In this document: positions 20,266 through 29,818 of the stretch, in pieces
Layout of the letters: each line of letters opens with the position of its first letter
Position numbering within the stretch: position 1 is the stretch's first letter
Virus record (IMG/VR): IMGVR_UViG_3300049215_000771
Span: 434,001 to 498,000 of that record
Strand: one strand, 5' to 3'
Length of the DNA: 64,000 nt
Program-made: the position numbers and the translations under genes
Notes under the pieces: generated by a model
Told to the model about the DNA's origin: nothing
The model's database searches: none
Seen by the model: the letters and a program-made list of their open reading frames with translations, nothing else

Positions 20266-20839
20266 CAAGTTGAACGACCAGCAGGGCATCTTCGACGGCG
20301 GTGTGCGGAGACTCGCCGCCGAGTCCGGCCCGTTCAAGGCACGTTTTGGTATCAGGCAATCCATCATCCTTGCTGGGGTCGAAGTAGAGGATGGACGGGT
20401 CGATGACCCGATGCTTGAAATAAACCTCGTGGTAGTTCTTCTCATCCGGCCAGCGACCGGGGATGTGTTCCTTCAAGAACGGGATGTCGAATCCGGCAGC
20501 ATTTTTGCCGGCGACGTTGACTTCGTACCGCTTCTTTTTCTCGTTGAAAGGGTAGTGAATCTTGTCGAGCCAGTTGACGAGCGACCACATTAGGCCACTG
20601 AGAGGGATCACGTTGTCGCCATCGCCCGGTTTGGCGATTTTCTTGAAAATCGCCGGGTGCATGGACAAAGCATAGGGGTCGCCCCGGTAGACAGACTTCT
20701 TGATATACGCATGGAAGCGAGGAAGTTGGTCGAGCGGCAGCGGGTTGGCAAGGTCGTCGAAGACGGCACCGAACTCGATAATGTCATGAAGTTTGGGTTC
20801 GAGGCCAGTTGTTTCAATATCAAGAGCTATGTAATGCAC
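20243..20839 (-). CDS. DEDDh 3'-5' exonuclease
   Basis: LDIETTGL, AGFDIPFL and HTAVED motifs. Confidence 0.85.
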   Translation of the reverse strand: MHYIALDIETTGLEPKLHDIIEFGAVFDDLANPLPLDQLPRFHAYIKKSVYRGDPYALSMHPAIFKKIAKPGDGDNVIPLSGLMWSLVNWLDKIHYPFNEKKKRYEVNVAGKNAAGFDIPFLKEHIPGRWPDEKNYHEVYFKHRVIDPSILYFDPSKDDGLPDTKTCLERAGLGGESPHTAVEDALLVVQLVRKKLGR

Positions 20840-21504
20840 AAAACACCTTCTTTCGCAGATTTGAACAGTCTCTCGGCTTCCTTCTTATCCAACACCACGA
20901 CCCGCACCGGCTTGATGTGGTCGTTGGTGTAGCATATCTTCTTCCACTGCTTGTCGCAATAGATACCTTCACTTGTTTTGTATCGTCCTTGAGCAACACG
21001 GAGCGTAAATTCGCTTTTGATTTCTATGAAACTTTCTGATTCCTCGAAGTCTGGCTTGTAAGTTCCATGAGGGGTGCGCAGCCGGCGACGACATAAACTA
21101 GGCAAAGGCATCTGATTCTCGAAAAGATGTTGCAAATACGCCACTTCGTACTTGCCGAGAACCTTACCAACGACTGTTTGATAGGTTCTTGACTTGCCAA
21201 TGATCGCTTCTCGATTGCCTTTTCGCCATGATTTCCGGCCAGAAGCAGCGATTTGTTTCTTTGAGGCCGCTGTGTGATGGCGACCACTAAACCCTGGAGT
21301 CGAGCCGTATACCTGCCTTATTGTCTTGCTTATATCCGACCTGGATATAGAATCAACACCCCACTTAGCAAGCCAGTAGGCGATATTGTAATCCGAGCGT
21401 CCAAACAACGATCCGATATATTTCTTCCCCCGGTGTTCTACAGTGTAGAGTCTAATGATTTCAGCTTTTTCCTCTTCGGAGAAGCCGCCTTTGTGTGCTG
21501 CCAT
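20827..21504 (-). mobile_element. Free-standing putative homing endonuclease (HTH + NUMOD3-like + PD-(D/E)XK)
   Basis: FSGRHHTAASKKQI NUMOD3-like motif; YKPDF...FIEIK nuclease motif; more AT-rich than neighbours; own TATAAT and GGAGG. Confidence 0.65.
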
Positions 21505-21656
21505 GATGTCCTCCAGAACATTATAGGGCAGCCACAATAAGTTTCAATATCAATAGATGAAACCAATATCAATGGATACATACTTCATTGAAGTTACTCC
21601 TGTGTATAGGCGACCTCGCTATGTTATATTTTCCTCACAACGAAGGGAATACCAAA

Positions 21657-22463
21657 ATGAAGAAGAAGTTGGGTGGGTCGGTATTCATCCATAACGGTAT
21701 CGAATTCGACTACTGCCTCGAAGCATCTGTATCCAGTCTGGCGGCGCTGTGCGATGAAGTAGTCCTACTTGATGCTTCTAGCACCGATGGGACAACTGAC
21801 TTATGCCTTCAGTTGGCGCAACGCCTTCCCATCAAAGTAATTACGGGCGTGCCGTGGGAACAAGCCCCGAACCATGTACGACTCCCAATCCTTGCCAATA
21901 TCGCAAAATCCCATCTCAATACCGAGTGGCATTTCATGCTCCAGGCCGACGAAGTTATCCACGAAGATAGTTTCGATACAATCCGCCGTGTTATTCATGA
22001 CCCCACCAAGAAGTCTTACTTCAATCGTCGCCTGAACTTCTTTGGCGATTTTAACCACTACATCAAACTTAACCAGGATGGTGCCAACAAGCCTTGTAGC
22101 GACGTGATTATTCGACTGGCGACCATTGAGAACCCGGCTGTTGGTGATGCGGAGTCCCTGGGTGTGGACCCGGCCTTCTGCTCCGAGAGGTACATTGACG
22201 ACATCGTGATCTTCCACTACGGCATGGTGCGACAGGACGAGAAACACATCCAGAAGATTTTGTCAATGCAAAGTTGGTTTTGGGGACCGGGCAGTAACCC
22301 GGACCACAGGGTTCAGGAAATGCACAAGAAAGGCGACGGAATCTTCGATTGGCGCACGATGAAAACCCTGGAGATGTTGGAACCACTCACCAGAAGTCAT
22401 CCGAAGTTTGCTAAGGAATATGTCGAGTCAAGGCAGGCGTTGAAGAAAATCCCGGTGAATTAA
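21657..22463 (+). CDS. Glycosyltransferase family 2-like protein
   Basis: CDEVVLLDASSTDGT and WHFMLQADE (xDE) motifs; HYG. Confidence 0.8.
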   Translation: MKKKLGGSVFIHNGIEFDYCLEASVSSLAALCDEVVLLDASSTDGTTDLCLQLAQRLPIKVITGVPWEQAPNHVRLPILANIAKSHLNTEWHFMLQADEVIHEDSFDTIRRVIHDPTKKSYFNRRLNFFGDFNHYIKLNQDGANKPCSDVIIRLATIENPAVGDAESLGVDPAFCSERYIDDIVIFHYGMVRQDEKHIQKILSMQSWFWGPGSNPDHRVQEMHKKGDGIFDWRTMKTLEMLEPLTRSHPKFAKEYVESRQALKKIPVN

Positions 22464-23003
22464 ATGCTTGACGAATGGTTCAAATGCGCAGTGTGCGGAT
22501 CGAAAGAAGCACCCATCATGAGCATGGGGTACATTTCCCAATGCTATTGTCGAGATTGCGCCGACAACAAAAAAGAAGATTGCAACGCAGCCTTCAAGAA
22601 GGTCCACGACGAAGCTGTGCTTGAAGAAGCCTTTCGCCCCAAAATCAAACACGATGAAATTGACGTGAGAGATGATTACTTTCAGTACATCGTACAAAAC
22701 AAACAAGAACCAGAACTGGAGATGTGCTTCAGGAGAATTGCCGAGCAGGTGTACCTTCTAAAAACTACCACCAAGAAAGATTGGCATAACAACTGGCGCT
22801 GGATTCCTTTCATCGAAAACGTCGATAAAGGGACGTGGCAAGAAGTCCCCAAAGATTTTGTGGAGGCGGCGATCCCGTATTGTTACGACAGGTTGAAAAC
22901 ATACGATGCAGGCAGGGCCACAGCGAAAGATTACTTCACTGCGGCCTGCTGCGGTTTGTATGAGTATGCAAAACTGCACAACTGGCGAGATTGGGCGTAC
23001 TAA
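22464..23003 (+). CDS. Hypothetical protein with an N-terminal CxxC...CxxC
   Basis: CAVC...CRDC zinc-finger-like pattern. Confidence 0.5.
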   Translation: MLDEWFKCAVCGSKEAPIMSMGYISQCYCRDCADNKKEDCNAAFKKVHDEAVLEEAFRPKIKHDEIDVRDDYFQYIVQNKQEPELEMCFRRIAEQVYLLKTTTKKDWHNNWRWIPFIENVDKGTWQEVPKDFVEAAIPYCYDRLKTYDAGRATAKDYFTAACCGLYEYAKLHNWRDWAY

Positions 23004-24421
23004 TACAACTTCCGGTCTTCCGCCTCAAGAATCTTGCCCAAGTTGGGAAAGAAAATTTCCCACCACTCCGTCATCTCGTGCATGATGTCCTGGAGAGTGT
23101 CATAGATTGGGGTTTTCTTGCACTCCTCAATCCACTTGTCACAGTAGGTGTGCCAGAAGAAGTCCGTGAGGGTCTTCAAACCCAGCGGCCAGTTCAGGTC
23201 GTGTTCGATGTAGGTTTGTAATCTCCCAGCGGTCTTGATCCACTCCAGGTAGTATTCCTGGTTCTCTCCCCCAGGACAACCTGGCTCCCAATCCTCCAGC
23301 CCCCACTTCCCATTGCCGTGGATGAACCTGTAGGCATTGACCAGCTTGTTGAGCAGGGCTTTGCCTTTCTTCATGACGGCTTCATCACAGCGGGTGTCCG
23401 TGCCGACCTGGTTGCACGCCGCCCAATAACGAACACCCTCCATGCCGTACTTCTCAACGTAGACGTGCGGCTCGACGAAGTTGCCCGCCGTTTTGCTGAT
23501 CTTGTGGCCGTGCTTGTCCAGGGCGTGGCCGCTGATAATGATTTTCTTCCACGGAACCTGATCGCTGTGATAGAGACTTTTGACGATGGTGAAGAATGCC
23601 CACGTCCTGATGATGTCGTGCGCCTGGAACCTGGCGTCGAAGATCGGGGGATGAAGGGTAGGAATCTTCGTGTGTGCCGCCCACGTCATCTGCGGCGACA
23701 AGCTGGAAGTAAACCAGGTGTCAAAAACGATGTTGTCGGGTTCCCCCGGAATGTGGATGCCGTAGTTACGCTCACGGGAAATAGACCAATCCATCGTGAG
23801 GCCATCCAGCCAGCGATGCAGCCGCTCCTGAAAGACCTTGGGATGCCACTGGATCAGGTCGATAGCCTGCCTGAGACGGTCCAGGTGGTCACGGATGTTG
23901 ATGAACCAGCCCTCGCCTGTCCGTAGCTCGACTTTCTCACCAGAACGCTCGTAGCGGCCTTCCTCGTCGATCTCGGCCTGAGAAACGGAGACACGGGTTT
24001 TGGGGCACCAGAAATAGTCCCTGACGGCTTTGTAGGCGTAGCCCTTCTTGACCAGATCGTGGAACGACATCTCGGCCAAGGCGATGGCGTGGCGGTCATA
24101 GGTGTGGTAGTGATGCTTGCTCCAGCCCATGCCGATTTGTTGGAACAAGTCGGAGTACATCTTCGACGTATTCTCGGCAAACCTGACGATACCGGGCGTA
24201 TCGAAGATTTTGTCCTTCTGTGCCAACTTCTCGGTCGGCAGGCCGTTGCAATCAAAACAGAAAGGGTACAGAAGGGGGTCTTCCTTCTGGCCATCTTCGG
24301 TGAGATGGAAACGCTTGGCCCTGGCAACAAAGTCCATGTGGCAGTACGAGAAAACATGGCCCATATGCAACAGGCCAGAGATCGTCGGCGGCGGAACGTC
24401 GATAAGGTATTTTGGGTCCAT
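23000..24421 (-). CDS. valS: Valyl-tRNA synthetase-like, minimal (CP1 editing domain and C-terminal coiled coil absent)
   Basis: PPPTISGLLHMGH (HIGH), DCNGLPTE, DWSISR, QAHDIIRTW and KISKTAGN (KMSKS). Start MDPK at 24421. Confidence 0.85.
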   Translation of the reverse strand: MDPKYLIDVPPPTISGLLHMGHVFSYCHMDFVARAKRFHLTEDGQKEDPLLYPFCFDCNGLPTEKLAQKDKIFDTPGIVRFAENTSKMYSDLFQQIGMGWSKHHYHTYDRHAIALAEMSFHDLVKKGYAYKAVRDYFWCPKTRVSVSQAEIDEEGRYERSGEKVELRTGEGWFINIRDHLDRLRQAIDLIQWHPKVFQERLHRWLDGLTMDWSISRERNYGIHIPGEPDNIVFDTWFTSSLSPQMTWAAHTKIPTLHPPIFDARFQAHDIIRTWAFFTIVKSLYHSDQVPWKKIIISGHALDKHGHKISKTAGNFVEPHVYVEKYGMEGVRYWAACNQVGTDTRCDEAVMKKGKALLNKLVNAYRFIHGNGKWGLEDWEPGCPGGENQEYYLEWIKTAGRLQTYIEHDLNWPLGLKTLTDFFWHTYCDKWIEECKKTPIYDTLQDIMHEMTEWWEIFFPNLGKILEAEDRKLY

Positions 24422-24604
24422 GCCAGATGATACTACGATTTTGTGAGTTTGTAAGGTCGCAATTGTTTTTCGGTGAGCGGTATCCACGGCAAATCGGGAC
24501 GATTTTCCATGCACCCGCCACAAGGACGAGAAACGTCCTTGTGGCAGGGATGGACTCTATCTTCCGGGAGGAAACCCACGTCCTTGGCGTATCTCCAAGG
24601 ACAT

Positions 24605-25000
24605 TTACTGCATTGGCTCATTTTTCCCTCCCGTTTGATAGTGATGCCGATGTCCGTTTTTGCATCGGATGGAGGAAGTAATCGGCTTGTTGTAGACACG
24701 AAGTTCAATCTGTTGGTCGCAGCCTTCTTCCTTGCAAGGTACGGCGATCTTCTGTTGAACTACCAGGTCTTTGCCCAGGGCTTCACTGGACCAGTCGAGG
24801 CGATTCTTCTCTCCATCTTCAGATTCGTAAAGGGCCAGACCCCCTGCATGAATCGTTACTTCGATGTCTTCGGCACACACCTTGTAGTCCGTGAACTTGC
24901 TACGGTCCTTCTCGTCATAGACACGGAAGAAGTGTCGCTTCGTGAAAGGGTTGTAGAGAAAGAAACCACGGACACCTGTTGCGGACTTCTCATTCATCAT
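24605..25000 (-). CDS. Hypothetical protein
   Basis: ORF overlaps its neighbours in operon fashion. Confidence 0.5.
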   Translation of the reverse strand: MMNEKSATGVRGFFLYNPFTKRHFFRVYDEKDRSKFTDYKVCAEDIEVTIHAGGLALYESEDGEKNRLDWSSEALGKDLVVQQKIAVPCKEEGCDQQIELRVYNKPITSSIRCKNGHRHHYQTGGKNEPMQ

Positions 25001-25394
25001 TCACCCGCCTTTTATGAAGGCGTTCGATAAGGATGGGGTACTTGTCGGAAATGATGTCGAAAGCCAGAATGTAGTAGTACCCAGGTTTCAGGTTTCCAGC
25101 TTCTCGACGTTGCTCGAACACCTTGACGGAGCAGTAGTCCCGGCTCCTGTACTCGACGTAGTAGGCTTCCGGGTGTTTGCGCCGCCAAAGCATGGGTTGT
25201 GGGACACAGATATTGGCGAGATTCAGGTGTTTCTCCAGAAACTCCACCATCGGGCCTTTTTCGGTCATCACAACTCCGTTATAGCCATCAGCCAAAGGCA
25301 GGCCATTGGGAGTCATGAAGCGGACATTTTCTTCGGTCGGGTAGAGCGGCAGATGAAGTCGCTCCATATATCGAGTAGGCATTGTTGACTCCAA
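24990..25394 (-). CDS. Hypothetical protein
   Basis: ORF in the co-oriented run. Confidence 0.5.
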   Translation of the reverse strand: MESTMPTRYMERLHLPLYPTEENVRFMTPNGLPLADGYNGVVMTEKGPMVEFLEKHLNLANICVPQPMLWRRKHPEAYYVEYRSRDYCSVKVFEQRREAGNLKPGYYYILAFDIISDKYPILIERLHKRRVNDE

Positions 25395-25468
25395 CAGTTA
25401 CGTCTTGGGGGCTTGTTCAGTTTAGCATATCCGATGAGGATGTCCATATCAACAGGGTATATATTGGC

Positions 25469-25861
25469 ATGAATTTCCGTCAATTCCTTGAACATGAATT
25501 CCGCTTCCAGGGAGAAACTGTTGGTATCATTACGGCATATAACCCCAATGGTGAAACAATATCCTCCCGTGAGAACCGTAAACTGAATAAACGGCTCTGG
25601 AACGATCTGCGGGCCACTGGATATGACCCGTGGGCGATCAAAGGCAACTACAAAGGAGCCGCAGAACAGTCGTTCTTGGTTTCTGATATTTCTCGTGCGG
25701 ATTTGATCCGCCTGGCTAAGAAATACGACCAGGAGGCCGTCGTGTGGGGCAGGAAAACAGACAATGGCTATGACGTTGAATGGATTGAAGGCGAAGAAAC
25801 AACAAAACGTGACAAGGTGTCCAACATCAGGTCGTTAATTTCGCAGTCAACGAAATTCTGA
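25469..25861 (+). CDS. DUF3293-like protein with a capsid-targeting-like N-terminus
   Basis: IITAYNP..E...N...N..L pattern; starts MNFRQFLE. Confidence 0.6.
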   Translation: MNFRQFLEHEFRFQGETVGIITAYNPNGETISSRENRKLNKRLWNDLRATGYDPWAIKGNYKGAAEQSFLVSDISRADLIRLAKKYDQEAVVWGRKTDNGYDVEWIEGEETTKRDKVSNIRSLISQSTKF

Positions 25862-26435
25862 CCTCGTTGGCATCTGCCTTGCCCTTCAGTTCCTTCATCA
25901 CCTGGCCGACCAAGGAGTTGAGCGCCGCCTGTTTGCCCTTCTTGAAGTCGGCTACCGCTTTGGCGTTTCCTGCAATCACCTTGTCAACGGCATCGGCCAG
26001 TGCGTCCCCGCCCTCGCCAAAAAATCCGTCTCGGCAAATTACATCGAAAGCCGCCACGCCTTCCCAGCATTCCTCGAAAACATCTCGCACTTGCTTCGCA
26101 GAAAGTACGCCGTGGTGACGCAGAAACAACAGATATGCGATGTCTTCTTGGAGCCAGGGGCGATATTCTTTCACTTCTGCAATGGACTCGCCCGCTTCAT
26201 CCATCTTGACCTTGAACTCGTTCGTGAGAAACTTGGCGATAGAAACAGCAAACTGCGCTCGCTCCAGCTTCTCACGCACTGTGTCTATTATACCCAAATT
26301 GGTCAGTCCCCAAGGCCAGCAGGACATGAATTCACATAAAAAAGCAGCGGCATTCAGCCTTCCCTGGGGAGTCTTCAGGTCTTTCTGAAACTCGAACCAG
26401 TAGTGCCGAACGACGGCCAGTTCTTCGTTTGTCAT
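25827..26435 (-). CDS. GatB/YqeY C-terminal (tRNA-binding) domain protein
   Basis: VIAGNAKAVADFKKGKQAALNSLVGQVMKELKGKADAN matches the GatB C-terminus; the catalytic GatB N-terminal domain is absent. Confidence 0.85.
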   Translation of the reverse strand: MTNEELAVVRHYWFEFQKDLKTPQGRLNAAAFLCEFMSCWPWGLTNLGIIDTVREKLERAQFAVSIAKFLTNEFKVKMDEAGESIAEVKEYRPWLQEDIAYLLFLRHHGVLSAKQVRDVFEECWEGVAAFDVICRDGFFGEGGDALADAVDKVIAGNAKAVADFKKGKQAALNSLVGQVMKELKGKADANEVRISLTAKLTT

Positions 26436-27031
26436 TCTTGATCGAGGCGGTACACGATGTCTGATCGCAGGACGGTTTTGACGCCCTTTGTGACCATCAT
26501 ACCTTCGTGACGTAATTCGTGCGGGAAGATCAACGCCGTTCCCAGCTTCGGCTTTACGATACCCAGCCCCTCAAAACGTGTCTCGCCACCCTCGAAGTCA
26601 TCATTGAGATAGACGATGAACGTCAAGAACGTCCTAGTAATGTCGTCGATCCTGAACATGATGTCGAAGTGCGTGGCGAACCGATGCCCAGGCTCATATT
26701 TGTAATATCGCAACCGCTCATTGAGGCCAATAGGGTTGTGGAACTCGTGTTTCTCTTCCCACAACTTATCGAAGTCCACGAAGGGGTCCGGGCGCAAGTC
26801 TTTATAGAACTGCTCAAGGGATGGGAAGAAGCGAACCCGGTCCCATATCTGCGCAGCCCGTATTGGGTCATCTTTCACAGCCCTGTATCGGGCTTCGGGT
26901 TGACCTTGGCTTGTGTATCGTTGTTCTTGCCAGCCGGCAGCGTCGGCGTATTCCAACTCAGCCTGGCATTCTTCAGGTGTGTAGAAACCGTGGAGCAGAA
27001 GGACATTGGGGAAAACATCTTCGTAGATCAT
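26432..27031 (-). CDS. 2OG-Fe(II) oxygenase, prolyl-4-hydroxylase-like
   Basis: H-x-D (HFD), TFIVYLNDDFEGGET, distal H (HEG) and a K..LRSD strand. Confidence 0.85.
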   Translation of the reverse strand: MIYEDVFPNVLLLHGFYTPEECQAELEYADAAGWQEQRYTSQGQPEARYRAVKDDPIRAAQIWDRVRFFPSLEQFYKDLRPDPFVDFDKLWEEKHEFHNPIGLNERLRYYKYEPGHRFATHFDIMFRIDDITRTFLTFIVYLNDDFEGGETRFEGLGIVKPKLGTALIFPHELRHEGMMVTKGVKTVLRSDIVYRLDQE

Positions 27032-27759
27032 TCTTCATCTTCCTTGAAGATTTCATCGGCGGGGATCAGTTTGGCGGTGCCGTCTTTGATGGAATCAACA
27101 CGCTCCATCAACTCCCCCAACTTCTCACGTTTGTCCTGGGGATCGCCGTGGAAGCTAATCTCCCAATAAATAGCGTCCAGTACGTCCTGGAGGCTGAAGC
27201 AGCGTTCACCTGCCACGATGGGCTTGCGGCCAACCTTGTAGTCCTTCGGCTTGAAAAACTCTACAGTTTTGTCAAGTTTAACCGGCAAATCGGCCAACTT
27301 GTACATCGGGCTGAAGTCGATGGCCCAGCGCATGATGCCATCGCTGCTGTGTTCGGCGTTCTTGCCAAGGGCGGGGCCAACACCGTGGAAACTGGGGCTA
27401 AGTTCGATGTAGGCAGGGTCTTTGGTGAACTTGCTGTAGTCGGCGTGCCAGTAAATTTCCAGGTGAGTCATCTTCTCATCCGGGTCTTCTTCCTCGCCGC
27501 TCAGGTCGGGTTCCTCGGCCTGAGCATGGAAAGCGTCGATGGCCCCACACCAGGAGTATTGGGCAATGAACATCTTCAGCGCTTTGTACTGATCGACAAT
27601 GCGGAAGATGTCGAGAAGGGTAACGCCATCCTCGATCTCGCAGGCGTCACGCAGATGGCTCCAGACCGACAGCTTCTTCACCCGGCGACGGATGTATTTC
27701 TGCTTGTCGCCGTTCCATTTCTCATAGAACAAGCCAGCCTTGTTGAAGAATACAGTCAT
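27028..27759 (-). CDS. Hypothetical protein
   Basis: 243-aa ORF coupled to neighbours. Confidence 0.6.
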   Translation of the reverse strand: MTVFFNKAGLFYEKWNGDKQKYIRRRVKKLSVWSHLRDACEIEDGVTLLDIFRIVDQYKALKMFIAQYSWCGAIDAFHAQAEEPDLSGEEEDPDEKMTHLEIYWHADYSKFTKDPAYIELSPSFHGVGPALGKNAEHSSDGIMRWAIDFSPMYKLADLPVKLDKTVEFFKPKDYKVGRKPIVAGERCFSLQDVLDAIYWEISFHGDPQDKREKLGELMERVDSIKDGTAKLIPADEIFKEDEE

Positions 27760-27760
27760 G

Positions 27761-28057
27761 TCAGTCCCCTGTAGGAATCAATCTCGACTTCGTATGCAGA
27801 ATTCTAGCCTTGAATGTGTCACAAACAAGGCTCGAAACCGGGATGTACTTGCGGTCGTACATATGTTTGTTGAACATATGTTCGAGCGTTTGTGGGTCCA
27901 GGTTCTTGTAGGAGCCTACAAAATCGTGCATGTCCTTCTGGAAATCGGCCTCAGTCTTGCCTTTATTGGCCCAATACAGCGTGGTATTTTCTATCTGGAC
28001 CGCAAATATGCGGTAGGAGGATTTTCCGTCATTCCCATGACGTATAGGGTGCATCAT
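27761..28057 (-). CDS. Hypothetical (late) protein
   Basis: TAAATA box at 28065-28070 just upstream. Confidence 0.5.
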   Translation of the reverse strand: MMHPIRHGNDGKSSYRIFAVQIENTTLYWANKGKTEADFQKDMHDFVGSYKNLDPQTLEHMFNKHMYDRKYIPVSSLVCDTFKARILHTKSRLIPTGD

Positions 28058-28072
28058 ACACCCTTATTTAGC

Positions 28073-28558
28073 CTACGTCCCCTCAATCTCCCGAATGTAG
28101 TGGCGAGCCATTTCAATGCCGCTGGGGTTGGGAATCATTGCCGCCTTCTGTCCCAGGAGGCAGGCGGCGATGAGGGCCGCATCCAAAGGCGGAACCGCCG
28201 CAAAGGTCGGCCCAGGCCCGGTGATCCTCACCATGCTGATATGATACCGATGAGGCGTGCAGTAGGTATCTTTCGACATCTCCACCGAGATGATGCAGTG
28301 GTCATCACGGCGACGGTCGATCACCCGGCACAAACCAACCTCAACCTGCCACATGCCGTTTCGAGGGCATTTGTCGGGATTCTCCACCTGCCATCGACTG
28401 CGCTCCACTGCTTCGCATTCGGTGTTGGAGTACACCGGGCTTTCTTCAGCCGGGTACTTGTCCGCAGCTTCCCTCATCTCGACGCCCATCTGAATCATGG
28501 CGGCGATGGTGTAGGGAACGAAATCATCAGGACTTCGCTTCTTCGTTTCCATAGTCAT
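28073..28558 (-). CDS. Hypothetical protein
   Basis: Start trimmed to MTMETKK to limit overlap with thrS. Confidence 0.5.
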   Translation of the reverse strand: MTMETKKRSPDDFVPYTIAAMIQMGVEMREAADKYPAEESPVYSNTECEAVERSRWQVENPDKCPRNGMWQVEVGLCRVIDRRRDDHCIISVEMSKDTYCTPHRYHISMVRITGPGPTFAAVPPLDAALIAACLLGQKAAMIPNPSGIEMARHYIREIEGT

Positions 28559-29753
28559 ACCCGAAATCGAACTCGTTGAGGTAAGCTGCCTCGGCGAAGA
28601 AATCTCGCTTCGGCAAGGTCTTGTTAGTTCCGTCCCGCTCTCGAACAGTGACGGTTTCGGCTTCCACTTCCCGGTCCCCGATGATGAGCATTCGGGGGAT
28701 GTATTTCTCCTGAGCGATGGCAACCATCTGCGCCACCCGTTTGCCGGAAAGATCAACCATCGGACGAAGTTTCCAGTTCTCCAGCTTCACCTTCAGATCG
28801 AAACAGTAGCCCCTGGCCTTGTCAGTAACAGGCAGGATGGCGTACTGAATGGGGGCGAGCCACACAGGAAGGTGCCCCTGGTAGTGTTCGAGCAGGATGC
28901 CGATGAACCGCTCGAAGCTGCCATAAATGGCACGGTGTACAACCACAGGGGTTTTGCGGGCGTTGTCATGGTCAGTGTACTCCAAACCGAACCGAATGGG
29001 AAGCTGGAAATCCAACTGAATCGTTGCGGTCTGCCATTCCCGGCCTTGGCTGTCTTTCACGAAGAAGTCGATCTTGGGGCCGTAGAATGCCCCTCCACGG
29101 GGGTCTTCGGTGTAATTGGCGTAAGAACCCTGGAGCGAGGCCCGAAGATCGTCTTCAGCCTTGTCCCAGGTCGCCACTTCGCCCATGAAGTTCACCGGCC
29201 TGGTGGACAGCACGGCCCGGAGTTCCATGCCCAGCTTCCAATAGACACGCTGGACCATGACACAAAGCATGGTGATTTCTTTGTCGATTTGATCGGGAGC
29301 GAGGAAGATGTGAGCGTCGTCCTGGCAGAAGGAGCGACAGCGAGTGAGGCCGCTGAGAGCGCCGGAAACCTCGTCACGATGCAGAACACCTTGGTCGGCG
29401 ATGCGGAGGGGAAGTTCTTCGATGGAGCGAGCGCCTTTGGCCTTGTAGATTTCCATGTGGCCGGGGCAGTTCATTGGTTTCGGGATCAACAGGACATCTT
29501 CATCTTTGCCGTGGACCCCGAACATATTCTCTTTGTAGTGTTCCCAATGCCCGGAGATTTCGTACAACTCACGCTTCCACAGGATCGGAGTGCGTACTTC
29601 CTGGTAGTTCCATTGCTTCTGGATGGCCCGAATCTTGTCCTGGAGGATGGTGTAAACGATGTTGCCGTTGGGAAGCCAGATGGGGCAGCCGGGGGCCAGG
29701 TCGGAGAACATGAACAGGTCCATCTCACGACCGATTTCACGATGATCTTTCAT
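28527..29753 (-). CDS. thrS: Threonyl-tRNA synthetase lacking N1/N2 (editing) domains
   Basis: Begins at DHREIG; KPMNCPGH, HRDE.SGAL.GLTR.R.F.QDDAHIF, GGAFYGPKID, IHRA-type VVHRAIYGSFERF and an anticodon-binding domain. Confidence 0.95.
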   Translation of the reverse strand: MKDHREIGREMDLFMFSDLAPGCPIWLPNGNIVYTILQDKIRAIQKQWNYQEVRTPILWKRELYEISGHWEHYKENMFGVHGKDEDVLLIPKPMNCPGHMEIYKAKGARSIEELPLRIADQGVLHRDEVSGALSGLTRCRSFCQDDAHIFLAPDQIDKEITMLCVMVQRVYWKLGMELRAVLSTRPVNFMGEVATWDKAEDDLRASLQGSYANYTEDPRGGAFYGPKIDFFVKDSQGREWQTATIQLDFQLPIRFGLEYTDHDNARKTPVVVHRAIYGSFERFIGILLEHYQGHLPVWLAPIQYAILPVTDKARGYCFDLKVKLENWKLRPMVDLSGKRVAQMVAIAQEKYIPRMLIIGDREVEAETVTVRERDGTNKTLPKRDFFAEAAYLNEFDFGYDYGNEEAKS

Positions 29754-29769
29754 GGTTGTCTCGCAAACG

Positions 29770-29799
29770 AGAACGTCCGGCGAAGTTGCCGGACGTTCT
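29770..29799. terminator. Perfect 12-bp hairpin just upstream of thrS (terminator or operator)
   Basis: AGAACGTCCGGC-GAAGTT-GCCGGACGTTCT. Confidence 0.5.
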
Positions 29800-29818
29800 G
29801 TGTGACACGAATTCCTCG

